DNA of 63,926 nucleotides, the filler included, from Octopus bimaculoides (Eukaryota): the NCBI RefSeq assembly GCF_001194135.2. It is 7 parts of 7 records of this genome, joined end to end, with 100 filler letters (N's around TTAATTAATTAA, not from the genome) between each part and the next. Parts side by side here need not be neighbours in the genome. Positions count along the whole stretch, not along the records: positions 62,431 to 63,926 come from NW_026352872.1; 6 more parts are not named here. The stretch is one strand, 5' to 3'. The position numbers and the translations under genes are program-made. The first letter of the stretch is position 1. Each line of letters opens with the position of its first letter. Below the pieces are notes generated by a model, which saw nothing but the letters and a program-made list of their open reading frames with translations, had not been told where the DNA came from and searched no databases. Shown here in pieces: positions 62,494-63,926 of this stretch.

Positions 62494-63840
62494 CAGTACT
62501 GGACATTATTATGAATTTTTAGAAAACACTATATATTTTGTGGCGGCCAGTAATAAAGTCACAGAAAAAAAATCACAATTAATTTATGGATTCAGGACAA
62601 AATCCCCTCGGACAACACGTCCCCTCACCCCCGGACAAAACCCCTGTGACTATTTTTCCTGTGACTTTTTTTTACCTGGGTTCATATTTTGCTTGTTTAG
62701 TTATTTAAATGAGACAAATGAGTTTAAATCATATTAATTTTCCCACAATTACGACTGTACATTCTCTGACTTTGATTTTAGCAATGGTTTATACGGGTTT
62801 TTAGTGACATCTGGCAATAATGAGCTTCTGTTGTGTGACAACCAAAGAGATCTTAGTCCCCATAAAACTGGACAAATAGAAGTGTATTTGAGGGATACCT
62901 CATTTAAACAGAGAGAAATTGCAAAGAAACGAAACGTTTCAACTCAGACAATTAGTACAATTAAGAAGGAAACGGAAAAGAACGAGGATTTGATGACAAA
63001 AAGGGTTGGTAACTGTGGTAAGAAACGACTAACAACCCCTAGAATTGATAGAAAAATAAAAAGAATTTCTCTCAATAATAGAAGAGCATCTTGTACCAAG
63101 ATTTCCTGCGAATTAATGGAAGAGAACATCACTGCATCGAAGAACAATTAACAACACTTTTGGAAGGTGGATTACACACATATCGTCTAAGGAAAAGAAC
63201 CATGCGTGTGCTAAAAATCATATTACATGGACTTCAGAAGTGTAGGAGCAGGTAAGACTATCTAAAGTAATGGATTAGGGTCTTTATGTATTGTATCCAT
63301 GATAAAATATGATATTATTGGTAAAATAAGATGTTACCATTGATTTCAGTCATCAAACCAGCTTTATAAAGGATTATTTAAAAATAGCTTTTAATATCTG
63401 ATTGTCATAGACTGAAACAATAACTTATTCTGGATGTCCTATTAATCAAATATGGTTTCCAGTTGTTGCTGGTGGTGTTCTCGAATGAATCCAGCATAGC
63501 AATGCTCGATGATCGGGTGCAAAGTGTGAGAAGGAGACTTGGTGAGGAATTTCGTCTGGGATGTCTTCGAAAAACACTAAAATTTCCACAGAAGGTTATG
63601 GTTTTTTTTTGGGGGGGGGGGAACAATTTCTGCCCATGGAACTAGTCACTTGAAAATAATTGAAGGTTCTATGAACCAAGAGAGTTACATTGAGGTACTT
63701 AGAAGTAGATTAATACCACAAGTATGGGAATGGTATGGAGACAGACTTTGAATATTCCAACAGGACTCAGCACCATGCCATACAGCAAAATCGGTAAAGA
63801 CATGGGTCACCGAAAATGCTATTAATGTACTTCCATGGCC
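62494..63840 (+). mobile_element. Tc1-family element, 5' TIR to catalytic domain, 3' end truncated
   Basis: TA+CAGTACTGGACA start. ORF 62804-63151 is HTH-like (QREIAKK.NVSTQTIS...GKKRLTTPRIDRKI). WTSE, VFSNES, KFPQKVMV and IFQQDSAPCHTAKSV..W....INVLPWP follow. Confidence 0.9.
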
Positions 63841-63926
63841 CGAGGCTATAGTAGAAGACACTTATATATAATATAATCTTTTATTTGTTTCATTCATTTG
63901 ACTGCGGCCATGCTGGAGCACCGCCT
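63838..63926 (-). mobile_element. SINE family A fragments
   Basis: GCCCGAGGCTATAGTAGAAGACACTT (core piece) and TCTTTTATTTGTTTCATTCATTTGACTGCGGCCATGCTGGAGCACCGCCT (tail). Confidence 0.85.

Overview
Eukaryotic, AT-rich, repeat-saturated DNA from a gapped short-read scaffold. It has many N-runs, including six 100-nt spacers of the form N44-TTAATTAATTAA-N44. The SINE families, RTE LINEs and microsatellite load look like Octopus (coleoid cephalopod); this is an inference from recalled repeat sequences, not a database search. I found no host protein-coding gene, rRNA, true tRNA or CRISPR array. The window is a stack of nested transposon relics: a ~4 kb decayed Ty3/Gypsy LTR element; RTE, Tx1/L1, CR1 and R4/Dong LINE fragments; at least five Penelope-like element (PLE) pieces; Tc1, mariner, maT/rosa and hAT transposase remnants; several MITEs; a Helitron-like end; and more than 25 tRNA-derived SINE copies, which I label A-D. 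Best leads: (1) type I hammerhead ribozymes in PLE terminal repeats, one with an intact fold (23191-23257) whose 3' half is copied into a perfect 87-bp inverted repeat, a second with a perfect core (10995-11078), and variant or decayed ones; (2) an intact 604-bp MITE with 37-bp TIRs and an 8-bp TSD (Merlin-like) carrying back-to-back (CCCTAA)n/(TTAGGG)n arrays; (3) a SINE-derived ATG fused in frame to a LINE-derived triple C2H2-finger ORF; (4) R4/Dong LINEs sitting in (TAA)n; (5) a Tc1 transposase split by an apparent spliceosomal intron. Boundaries were read by eye and are approximate unless a TSD or TIR is quoted.
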